This document shows positions 8,947-17,934 of a stretch of 37,268 bases of DNA, one piece after another. The translations under genes were made by a program, and so were the position numbers. The notes below the pieces were generated by a model. It was given only the letters and a program-made list of their open reading frames with translations. It did not search any database and was not told the origin of the DNA. Every line of letters begins with the position of its first letter. Within the stretch, counting starts at the first letter, position 1. Source of the stretch: Clostridia bacterium (GTDB lineage: Bacteria > Bacillota > Sulfobacillia > SLMV01); contig PWSR01000180.1 of assembly GCA_003563985.1 (NCBI GenBank), positions 1 to 37,268 of the forward strand, in the 5' to 3' direction.

Positions 8947-10116
8947 CTATTTCATGAGTCCCTCCAGGATGGCGCGGTAACCGGAAGCGGCCTCCACGAG
9001 TTCCTCGATCTCCAGGTACTCGTCGGGGATGTGCGCGATTTCCTCCCTGGAGGGACCGTATCCGAAGGTGGGAACGCCGGCGCTCCCCGCCCAATGGGCA
9101 GCGTTCGTGCAAAAGGAGTACGTCCCCGTTCCGCGGTACAATCCCCGGCCCTCCAGGGCGACGGTAACCCGAATCAAATCCGGATCATCGATGGGATAGA
9201 TCCAGGCCGGGAAGAAGCGTTCTGCACCCAGGGTGTGCCCCGTCCAGGTTTCCATCTCGGCCCAAACCAGGGCCGCCCGCACATCATCGAGGTGGGCAAT
9301 TTCCCCCGTCAACTCGTTGATGACGCCTTCGCGATCCTCTCCGGGGAGAACGCGGCGATCGTAGGTGGCAGTACACCGGTCCGGGACGACCGATGCACCG
9401 GGGTAGGGCGAAGAGATGATATCCGTCAATTCCAGGATTCCCCGGCCCAGTTCGGGGTGTTCGGGTGGCTGCATGTTCTGCAGGTGCCGAATTGCCTCCG
9501 CCATGGCATACACCGCGTTCCTGCCCTCGGAGGGATTGGAGGAGTGCGCCGAACGCCCGGCGGTGATCAAGGAGATCTCGGCGCGACCACGCCCCCCGCG
9601 ATTCACCTGCAGACCCGTCGACTCCCCGATGATCACCAGGTCGGGATCCACTTTCTCCCCGACGGCCCGCGCCGCCACTCCCTCGAAGGTTTCCTCCGCC
9701 ACCGTGCCCGATACCAACACCTGTCCGGCAAATCCGTCCCGTTCCTCGGCGAATCGAGCCGCCGCCAGCACCATGGCGGCGAGGGCTCCCTTCATGTCGC
9801 TACTGCCCCGTCCATAGATGCGACCACCCATCTCCCGGGCCCCGAAGGGATCCACGGTCCACGAGCCCGGATCGGGCACCTCCACCGTATCCAGGTGAGC
9901 GTCCAGAAGAACGCGGGGCCCGGGGCTCCCCCCGTCGATGCATCCGAGGACGTTGCCCAAAGCATCCACCGCGACATCGTAGCCGAGGTCGCGCATCCGG
10001 TTCGCCAGGAGATCGGCCAGGGCGCCCTCCTCCCCCGTCGGGCTCGGTACCGCGATCAGCTCCCTGCAAAGTTCCACGACCGTTCGTTCGTCGAATTCTC
10101 CTCGCACGACCATCAC
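8947..10116 (-). CDS. M20 (ArgE/DapE) metallohydrolase, YgeY-like
   Basis: Metal ligands HLDTV, GRGSSDMKG, AEE, GES and C-terminal AH; SAHSS.P..G.NA, HP.LG.G and FCTNA segments resemble the YgeY-type subfamily. Confidence 0.85.
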   Translation of the reverse strand: MMVVRGEFDERTVVELCRELIAVPSPTGEEGALADLLANRMRDLGYDVAVDALGNVLGCIDGGSPGPRVLLDAHLDTVEVPDPGSWTVDPFGAREMGGRIYGRGSSDMKGALAAMVLAAARFAEERDGFAGQVLVSGTVAEETFEGVAARAVGEKVDPDLVIIGESTGLQVNRGGRGRAEISLITAGRSAHSSNPSEGRNAVYAMAEAIRHLQNMQPPEHPELGRGILELTDIISSPYPGASVVPDRCTATYDRRVLPGEDREGVINELTGEIAHLDDVRAALVWAEMETWTGHTLGAERFFPAWIYPIDDPDLIRVTVALEGRGLYRGTGTYSFCTNAAHWAGSAGVPTFGYGPSREEIAHIPDEYLEIEELVEAASGYRAILEGLMK

Positions 10117-10165
10117 CTCGATATCTCCTTCCCCCTCCCCGTCGCATTCCCTTCACGGCGCGGTG

Positions 10166-10193
10166 GGAGGAGTTGGCGGTGGGACCTGAGAAG
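10166..10193 (+). promoter_or_regulatory. SigH-like promoter upstream of the orphan histidine kinase
   Basis: GGAGGAGTT-N12-TGAGAAG. The same bases could instead be the SD of the small ORF at 10179. Confidence 0.35.
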
Positions 10194-10250
10194 TTTACCC
10201 GCAGATGGGACGAGAAGAATCTTCAGCTCGGCCGGGCTGGAAGGTTGTGA
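10179..10250 (+). CDS. Possible 23-aa small ORF (MGPEKFTRRWDEKNLQLGRAGRL)
   Basis: Strong SD GGGAGGAG, GTG at 10179, TGA at 10248-10250, ending 7 nt before the kinase start; no recognisable homology. Confidence 0.2.
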   Translation: MGPEKFTRRWDEKNLQLGRAGRL

Positions 10251-10257
10251 TGGTCCC

Positions 10258-10965
10258 GTGCGGGAACGGGAAATATTCGAAGAACTGGCCCAGGGTGTGG
10301 AACTGGCGGCCCACTCGCTGCACGAAATGCGCAACCGCGTGGCCGCCATCCGGGCGGGAATCCAGCTGGGGATTATGCGCGCCCCCGAGGGCGCCGAGGA
10401 AGAGTTCCTCGAATCCCTCGGCGATGCCCTGGACCAGACGGATCACCTGGATGAGCTGCTATCGTGCATCCTGGAGCCGAAGTTGGATGGATCGCGCCGA
10501 GGGGAACCCGAGACCTACTCCGTCGCTTCCCTGGTGGAGGCGGCCATCGGCCACCTCCGCCCCCGGGCCAGGGGCCGGGGAGTTCGGCTCGAGATCCGCG
10601 CGGAAGGTCGCGTGTGCTTGAGACCGGACCGGGCGCGAACCGTGCGCCAAATCCTCTGCAACCTGGCGGACAACGCGCTGAGGTTCGCGCGCCGGGAGGG
10701 CGGATACGTCCGCATCGCGAGGCAGCCGGCGAGCCCCTCGCTGCTCTCTCTGCGGGTAGAGGACGATGGCCCCGGTATACCCACGGGCTTGAGCGAGAGG
10801 ATATTCGATCCCTACTTCACCACGCGCGAGCGAGGAACCGGCCTCGGTCTTTTCCTGGCCCGACGGCTGGCCACGGAGCACCTCGGGGGGAACCTGGAAC
10901 TGCTTGGGCGTACAGAAGATTTCGGGACGAGCTTCCAGCTCTCCATCCCGATGGATGTCCGCTGA
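10258..10965 (+). CDS. Orphan histidine kinase, DHp + HATPase only (about 235 aa, no sensor or TM segment)
   Basis: H-box SLHEMRNRV, N-box NLADNA, G1 VEDDGPGI, F-box IFDPYFTT, G2 GTGLGL. The upstream part of ORF 9031..10965 is the antisense shadow of the M20 gene, so the start was placed at GTG 10258. Confidence 0.85.
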   Translation: MREREIFEELAQGVELAAHSLHEMRNRVAAIRAGIQLGIMRAPEGAEEEFLESLGDALDQTDHLDELLSCILEPKLDGSRRGEPETYSVASLVEAAIGHLRPRARGRGVRLEIRAEGRVCLRPDRARTVRQILCNLADNALRFARREGGYVRIARQPASPSLLSLRVEDDGPGIPTGLSERIFDPYFTTRERGTGLGLFLARRLATEHLGGNLELLGRTEDFGTSFQLSIPMDVR

Positions 10966-10996
10966 GCGCTCGCCCCGATAGATTGGAATCTGAGTG

Positions 10997-11068
10997 TGAC
11001 CCCACCGGGGATTGAACCCGGGTCTCCAGCTTGAAAGGCTGGTGTCTTCACCACTTGACCATGGGGCC
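10997..11068 (-). tRNA. tRNA-Glu(UUC), CCA not encoded
   Basis: GGCCCCATGGTCAAGTGGTGAAGACACCAGC-CT-TTC-AA-GCTGGAGACCCGGGTTCAATCCCCGGTGGGGTCA folds as a cloverleaf. Confidence 0.95.
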
Positions 11069-11078
11069 ATGCGTTATG

Positions 11079-11151
11079 TGGGCCCAGTTGGGTTCGAACC
11101 AACGACCTTGGGTTTATGAGACCCCTGCTCTGACCACTGAGCTATGGGCCC
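11079..11151 (-). tRNA. tRNA with CAU anticodon, most likely tRNA-Ile2 (lysidine type), CCA not encoded
   Basis: GGGCCCATAGCTCAGTGGTCAGAGCAGGGGT-CT-CAT-AA-ACCCAAGGTCGTTGGTTCGAACCCAACTGGGCCCA. G1:C72 is paired, so not initiator; C4:G69 and C5:G68 are TilS determinants. Confidence 0.85.
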
Positions 11152-11178
11152 GACTAGGCCTCTACATCATCGAAAAAT

Positions 11179-11253
11179 TGGCTCCACGGGTAGGACTCGA
11201 ACCTACAACCCTCCGGTTAACAGCCGGACGCTCTGCCATTGAGCTACCGTGGA
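11179..11253 (-). tRNA. tRNA-Asn(GUU), CCA encoded
   Basis: TCCACGGTAGCTCAATGGCAGAGCGTCCGG-CT-GTT-AA-CCGGAGGGTTGTAGGTTCGAGTCCTACCCGTGGAGCCA. Confidence 0.96.
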
Positions 11254-11281
11254 GCGTCAATATCTTCGACGAGCACAGACC

Positions 11282-11310
11282 ATTATAGAATCAGCCCTGC
11301 CGGGCGTCAA
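11282..11310 (-). promoter_or_regulatory. Near-consensus SigA promoter for the tRNA cluster
   Basis: TTGACG-N17-TATAAT, 28 nt upstream of tRNA-Asn. Confidence 0.88.
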
Positions 11311-11313
11311 CCC

Positions 11314-12447
<1,134 letters not shown>

Positions 12448-12453
12448 AGACCA

Positions 12454-14289
12454 TCACTCCCGCTGCCCGCGACTACTTCTCCAAGATTCTCCAGAACCCT
12501 TCAATTGCGTCAAAAGGGCGGCCTGTTCTCTGAGAAGCTCCACCGGTATCGTTTCGCCCCGCCGCTGAATCTCGCCCATGTCTCTTTGCAATTCCTCCAG
12601 TTTACGCTCCGCCGCCCGTCTCTTCAAGAGGATCGAGCAATCCTCGAACATGCGCTCCTCGCGTTCCGGCACATCGTCCTCCATGATCAATCGAGCCAGT
12701 TCCGCCTTTTCCGCGTCGCCGGCCTCCGCGATCAGCGCCCTGGCCAATCGATGCGGATCCGTCTCCTCGCCCTCGAGGATTTGCTCCGCCAGGGTGCGAT
12801 AGAGACGGCTCTGGAAATCCTTGACCTCCAGGAATTCGCGACCCCGCCGGAGATACTCGGACCCCCGCAGCATCGCGGCGATCAGTACGCGTTCCGCCCG
12901 GACCTGCCCGGTACCCACGTCCTCGTCGACGTCGCGGTCGGGGCGTTCCTCCGCACCGCTGGTATCTTCGGTCCGGCGATCCCGCGCCAGGGATCGGAAG
13001 GCCTTCCGAAGCCCCGTTCGCACTGCTTCCTCGGGGACGCGCACGTCCTCGGCGATCCGCCGTATCTGATCGCTTCGGACCACGGGATCCTCCTCCGCCG
13101 CCACCACCTCGGCCATGGCCGCCACCGCGTCGGACTTCCCGCGGGCGCGACTCAAATCGACGGCGGCCTTGGCGCGATCCCAGGCGAACTCGAAGAAATC
13201 CACTGCCCCCTCTATGGCACGTTGAAAGGCCGGGGCACCCTCTTCCCGGGCCAATACGTCCGCCGGATCCTCCCCGGCGGGTAGGCGAACCACCCGCAGG
13301 TCCACGCCGCTGCCCGCGAAACTCCGAAAACTTTGCAACGCCGCCCGGGCTCCGGCCTCATCCGCATCAAAAGCGGCCAGGGCATTCCGGGTGTACCGGG
13401 ACAACGTGCGGGCCTGGTTGGGGGTCACTGCCGTTCCCATGGCGGCTACGGCCTCCCGCCAATCTTGTCCAGCGCAAGCGAGAACGTCCATGTAGCCTTC
13501 GACAATGACGACTCTATCCCTCCGTCGAATGGCATCGCGGGCCACATCCAGCCCATACCACACGTCTCCCTTACTAAAGATCGGGTTTTCGGGCGAATTC
13601 AGGTACTTCGGCCCCTCGGCGTCCAACGCTCGCCCGCCGAAGGCGATGACCCGTCCTCGAACGTCCGATATGGGAAACACCAGTCGGTCGCGCAATAGAT
13701 CAAAATAGTGCCCGGCCTCGGCGCGCTTCACCAATCCCAACACCTCGGCGGCCCGAAGGTTCAAACCCTTCCTCTTGAGCGAATCGGCCAGGGATGACCA
13801 TCCGGCTCGCGCGTAACCCAGTCGATACCGTTCCCACAATTCCGGCTGGACACCCCGGGATTCCAGGTACTCTCGCGCCCCCGAACCCGCCTCGTGGGAT
13901 AGGTTTTCCTCAAAATGGGTCGCCGCAAACTCCGCCACCCCGAGGAGGTATTCCCGCGCCCGCTGGGCCCGCGAGACTTCGGGAGAGGACGGGCCCTCAC
14001 CGGGCAACTGGACACCGGCCCGATCCGCCAGGTGACGTAACGCCTCGGGGAAGCTGAGCCCCTCGATCATCATGACGAAGGTAAAGACATCCCCGCCGGC
14101 CTGGCACCCAAAGCAGTAGAACAACTGGCGGTCGGGAGACACCGAAAAAGACGGTGTCCTCTCCTCGTGGAAGGGGCATAACCCCATGAGGTTCGAACCC
14201 TTCCTCTTGAGGGTGATGTATTCGGAGACGATTTCTGTCAAATCGCTCAACTCTCGGACCCGATCTACGGCTTCGTCATCGGCCACCAC
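12454..14289 (-). CDS. dnaG: DNA primase
   Basis: CHC2 zinc finger CPFHEERTPSF..CFGC, FGGR, KYLNSPE, TOPRIM VEGYMD, FDADEAG; GTG start after GAGGGGGG. Confidence 0.97.
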   Translation of the reverse strand: MVADDEAVDRVRELSDLTEIVSEYITLKRKGSNLMGLCPFHEERTPSFSVSPDRQLFYCFGCQAGGDVFTFVMMIEGLSFPEALRHLADRAGVQLPGEGPSSPEVSRAQRAREYLLGVAEFAATHFEENLSHEAGSGAREYLESRGVQPELWERYRLGYARAGWSSLADSLKRKGLNLRAAEVLGLVKRAEAGHYFDLLRDRLVFPISDVRGRVIAFGGRALDAEGPKYLNSPENPIFSKGDVWYGLDVARDAIRRRDRVVIVEGYMDVLACAGQDWREAVAAMGTAVTPNQARTLSRYTRNALAAFDADEAGARAALQSFRSFAGSGVDLRVVRLPAGEDPADVLAREEGAPAFQRAIEGAVDFFEFAWDRAKAAVDLSRARGKSDAVAAMAEVVAAEEDPVVRSDQIRRIAEDVRVPEEAVRTGLRKAFRSLARDRRTEDTSGAEERPDRDVDEDVGTGQVRAERVLIAAMLRGSEYLRRGREFLEVKDFQSRLYRTLAEQILEGEETDPHRLARALIAEAGDAEKAELARLIMEDDVPEREERMFEDCSILLKRRAAERKLEELQRDMGEIQRRGETIPVELLREQAALLTQLKGSGESWRSSRGQRE

Positions 14290-14326
14290 TGACACCCCCC
14301 TCGCAGGTATTGATGTGCAAAGGACC

Positions 14327-14357
14327 AAGAAAAACTGGGGCCGCATCGCCCCAGCTT
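14327..14357 (-). terminator. Intrinsic terminator between ppdK and dnaG
   Basis: CTGGGGC-GATGCG-GCCCCAG followed by TTTTTCTT on the minus strand. Confidence 0.8.
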
Positions 14358-14375
14358 TCGACCACCTCGACTATC

Positions 14376-14403
14376 GTTCGCCTCCGGGGACCCCATCTCC
14401 TGC
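14376..14403 (-). promoter_or_regulatory. SigH-like promoter upstream of dnaG-sigA
   Basis: GCAGGAGAT-N12-GGCGAAC; SigH promoters are known in the dnaG-sigA operon of other Firmicutes. Confidence 0.5.
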
Positions 14404-14444
14404 CCCGATTCGGGCGAGGGGTCCCCGGGGACGCAGCCATCTCT

Positions 14445-17105
14445 TTACATTTCCCGCGACTCCCCCCGGGATTTGAGGGCCGACCGGGCCGCGGCCAATC
14501 GAGCGATGGGAATCCGGTACGGCGAACAGCTGACGTAATCCATCCCGGCCCGGTGGCAGAAGTCGATGGATCGCGGGTCGCCGCCGTGTTCGCCGCAGAT
14601 GCCGATCTTCAGGCCCTCCCGTTCCGCCCGGCCTCCGTCGATACCGGTCCGGATCAGGCTGCCCACCCCGACCTCGTCCAATACCGCGAAGGGGTTCTCG
14701 TCGAGGATCCCTTCGGTCAGGTAGAAGTGCATGAACTTGGCCTCTGCATCGTCCCGACTGAAGCCGAATACGGTCTGCGTCAAGTCGTTGGTGCCGAAGG
14801 AGAAAAACTCCGCCTCGGCGGCGATTTCGCCGGCGGTGACGCAGGCCCTCGGGACCTCGATCATGGTGCCCACGAGATGGGGGCCGACGCCTCCGATCTC
14901 CTCGGCCACCTCCCGGACCATGCGCGCCAATTCCCGGAATTCCCTGACGTCGCTGACCAGGGGAATCATGATCTCCGGGAAGATCTCGATGCCCTCGGAG
15001 CGAACCGATTCCATGGCCTCGAAGATGGCGCGGACCTGCATCCGGTAGATCTCCGGGCGGGTCAACCCGAGGCGACATCCCCGCAAGCCCAGCATCGGGT
15101 TCATCTCCTGCAGCGACAGGGCCCGGCTGTAGAGTTCCTCTTTCACCGCCATCTCGGCCCACCCGGCACCGGCCGCCCGCAGGGCGCGCAGCTCATCCCG
15201 CAGCTCGTCGATGTCGGGGAGGAACTCGTGCAGGGGCGGATCCAGGAGGCGGATGGTCACCGGGAGGCCGGCCATGGTCCGGAACAGTTCCACGAAATCG
15301 GATCGCTGCAGGGGCAGGATGGCCTCGAGGGCGCGGGTTCCTTCCTCGGTGGAATTCGCCATGATCATCGCCTGGACGGCCTCCAACCTGGATGGTTCCA
15401 TGAACATGTGCTCCGTGCGACACAGGCCGATCCCCTCGGCGCCGAAGTCCCGGGCGACGGCGGCATCCTCCGGGGTGTCGGCATTGGCCCGCACACCCAG
15501 GGTACGCACGTCGTCGGCCCAGTCGAGGAAGGTGCGGAAATGACGGGTCAGTACCGGTTCGATCAGATCCATCTCACCGCGGAATACTGACCCCGAGGTA
15601 CCGTCTATGGTCAGGAGGTCTCCCTCCTGGATCTGCTGCGAACCGACCGTCGCCTTCCGGTTCTCCAGATCGATGCGGAGTTCCCCGCAGCCCACCACGC
15701 AGGGTTTGCCCATCCCCCGGGCCACGATGGCGGCGTGACACGTCATTCCACCCCGGCTGGTCAGGATGCCCTGGGCACCCACGATGCCGTGGATGTCGTC
15801 GGGCGTCGTCTCCGGCCTCACGAGGATAACCCGCTCCCCGGCGGAACCCGATCGCTCGGCGTCATCGGCGCTGAATACGACCTTGCCGCTGGCCGCACCG
15901 GGGGAGGCGGGCAACCCGCGGGCCATGGCATCCAGCTCCCCGGACAGATCGATACTCGGATGCAATAGCACCGATAGGTCCTCGGGATCCACCCGCAAAA
16001 GGGCCTCCTCCCGGGATATGACACCCTCCTCGACCATATCGTGGGCGATTCTCACCGCGGCGGCGGGGGTGCGCTTCGCACCGCGGGTTTGCAGCAGGAA
16101 GAGTTCCCCTTCCTCGATGGTGAACTCGATATCCTGCACGTCGGCGTAGTGGACTTCCAGGTTGCGCGCGACCCGTTCGAGATCGCGATACACTTCGGGC
16201 ATCGTATCCCGCATCTCCTCCACCGGCCGCGGCGTGCGAATGCCCGCCACGACGTCCTCGCCCTGGGCGTTCTGGAGGTACTCCCCGTACAATGTCGCCT
16301 CACCGGTGGCCGGATCGCGGGTGAACACCACGCCCGTACCACCTCCCGAGCCCAGGTTCCCGAAGACCATGGACTGGACGTTGACGGCCGTGCCCAGTGC
16401 GTCGGAGATCCCGTGGTGCCGTCGGTATACCACGGCCCGGGGATTGTCCCAGGACTTGAATACCGCCTCCACGGCCCCCAGCAACTGCTCCCAGGGATCC
16501 TCGGGGAAACCGCGGCCCATGCGCTTCCGGTACATCGCCAGGTAGGAGTCGATGACCTGGCGCAGCTCGCCGACGCCCAGTTCGTAGTCGGAGGCTACCC
16601 CCACTCCGTCTCGCACGGATCCCAGGATGCGTTCGAAGTCCCCGACCGGGATTCCCGATACCACGTTCCCGTACATCTGTATGAAGCGGCGAAGGCAATC
16701 CAGGGCGAACCGTTCGTCACCGCTCTCGGCGGCGAGGCCCGCCACCGTATTCGAATTCAATCCCAGGTTCAAGATGGTATCCATCATCCCCGGCATCGAT
16801 ACCGGGGCACCCGACCGAACGGATACGAGGAGCGGTCGTTCCGGGGATCCGAAGGATCGACCCCGGGCCGTCTCCAGCGACTCCATCGCTTCGCGGATCT
16901 CGCCCACCAGTGATTCGGGGATGCGCCCGGCTCGACGATACTCCATCGAGGCTTCGGTGCTGATGGTGAAGCCCGGGGGGACGGGTAGACCCATCCGGGT
17001 CATCTCCGCCAAGTTGGCCCCCTTACCCCCGAGGAGTTCCCGCATATCCCGGGTGCCTTCCTCGAAGCGGTAGACGTATTGGCTGCGGCCCGTATCCTCA
17101 CCCAC
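14445..17105 (-). CDS. ppdK: Pyruvate, phosphate dikinase
   Basis: LGGKGANLAEM, SVRSGA..SMPGMMDT, phospho-His motif GGMTCHAAIVAR, EGIGLCRTEHMF, FSFGTNDLTQ, GICGEHGG. Confidence 0.97.
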   Translation of the reverse strand: MGEDTGRSQYVYRFEEGTRDMRELLGGKGANLAEMTRMGLPVPPGFTISTEASMEYRRAGRIPESLVGEIREAMESLETARGRSFGSPERPLLVSVRSGAPVSMPGMMDTILNLGLNSNTVAGLAAESGDERFALDCLRRFIQMYGNVVSGIPVGDFERILGSVRDGVGVASDYELGVGELRQVIDSYLAMYRKRMGRGFPEDPWEQLLGAVEAVFKSWDNPRAVVYRRHHGISDALGTAVNVQSMVFGNLGSGGGTGVVFTRDPATGEATLYGEYLQNAQGEDVVAGIRTPRPVEEMRDTMPEVYRDLERVARNLEVHYADVQDIEFTIEEGELFLLQTRGAKRTPAAAVRIAHDMVEEGVISREEALLRVDPEDLSVLLHPSIDLSGELDAMARGLPASPGAASGKVVFSADDAERSGSAGERVILVRPETTPDDIHGIVGAQGILTSRGGMTCHAAIVARGMGKPCVVGCGELRIDLENRKATVGSQQIQEGDLLTIDGTSGSVFRGEMDLIEPVLTRHFRTFLDWADDVRTLGVRANADTPEDAAVARDFGAEGIGLCRTEHMFMEPSRLEAVQAMIMANSTEEGTRALEAILPLQRSDFVELFRTMAGLPVTIRLLDPPLHEFLPDIDELRDELRALRAAGAGWAEMAVKEELYSRALSLQEMNPMLGLRGCRLGLTRPEIYRMQVRAIFEAMESVRSEGIEIFPEIMIPLVSDVREFRELARMVREVAEEIGGVGPHLVGTMIEVPRACVTAGEIAAEAEFFSFGTNDLTQTVFGFSRDDAEAKFMHFYLTEGILDENPFAVLDEVGVGSLIRTGIDGGRAEREGLKIGICGEHGGDPRSIDFCHRAGMDYVSCSPYRIPIARLAAARSALKSRGESREM

Positions 17106-17934
17106 GACTCCACTCTCCCTTCCGCATCATCTCCAAGACGGTGGTGGCCGTCTCCTCGACGGCTTTGTGCGTCACATCGATTACCGGGCATTCCAGTTCG
17201 TCGAAAATACTTCGCGCGTAGCCGAGTTCCTGCCGTATGCGCCGCAGGTCATCGTACGTGGAATTGGCGTTCAACCCGAGGCGCCGGATCCGCTCCCGCC
17301 GGATATCCTGCAGTTGCTCTGCGGATATGGTGAGACCGATGATGCGGTTTCGCACCAGGTACAGTTCCCGGGGCGGGGCGATCTCGGGGGTCAGGGGATA
17401 GTTGGCGGCGCGCTTTTCGCGGTGGGCCAGGTACATGCATACCGGGGTCTTCGAGGTCCGGGAAACGCCGACCAACACCACGTCGGACATCAGGAATCCC
17501 CGGGGGTCCTTACCATCGTCGTACTTCACCGCAAACTCCACCGCGGCCACCCTCCGGAAGTACTGCTCGTCCATTCGATGGACGATGCCCGGTTCCTGGC
17601 GCGGCTTCTTGCCCAGGAGCTTCTCCATGGCATCCATCGTGGGACCCATGAGGTCCACGGTGGCGATACCGGCCTCGCGACAGGACGTCTCCATGTGGTA
17701 TCGAATCTCGGGGACCACCAGCGTGTAGACCACCAGCCCCCCTCCCTCGCGGGTGACCTGGCGGATGGCTTCCTCCACGCGCTCCGGGGAGTTGACGAAG
17801 GGAATGCGACGGATCACCCCCGGGTCGGAGTTGGCCTGGAATTGGCTCATGGCGGCCCGGGCCACCGACTCCGCGGTATCACCGACGGAATCCGATACTA
17901 CGTAAACGTATCCCAGGTGTTCCACTTCTGACAT
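17098..17934 (-). CDS. yqfL: PPDK regulatory protein (PDRP/DUF299 kinase-pyrophosphorylase)
   Basis: VSDSVGDTA, YFRRV.AVEFAVKYDDG, GVSRTSKTP, KAVEETA; TGATG coupling to glyS. Confidence 0.93.
   Translation of the reverse strand: MSEVEHLGYVYVVSDSVGDTAESVARAAMSQFQANSDPGVIRRIPFVNSPERVEEAIRQVTREGGGLVVYTLVVPEIRYHMETSCREAGIATVDLMGPTMDAMEKLLGKKPRQEPGIVHRMDEQYFRRVAAVEFAVKYDDGKDPRGFLMSDVVLVGVSRTSKTPVCMYLAHREKRAANYPLTPEIAPPRELYLVRNRIIGLTISAEQLQDIRRERIRRLGLNANSTYDDLRRIRQELGYARSIFDELECPVIDVTHKAVEETATTVLEMMRKGEWSRG

Noticed and set aside
446-10116. Selenocysteine or pyrrolysine read-through, prompted by the YgeY-like gene
   Set aside because: All called genes reach their expected family length without internal stop codons.
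9031-10257. 644-aa ORF read as a kinase with a long novel N-terminal domain
   Set aside because: The first 360 or so codons are antisense to the well-supported M20 gene and have shadow-like composition; kinase motifs begin only after 10258.
7145-11068. tRNA-Glu-anchored integrative element
   Set aside because: No integrase or transposase, and no duplicate of the tRNA 3' end found near 7150-7500.
11079-11151. Calling the CAU tRNA an initiator or elongator Met tRNA
   Set aside because: Paired G1:C72 excludes the initiator, and the acceptor stem carries TilS determinants, favouring Ile2.
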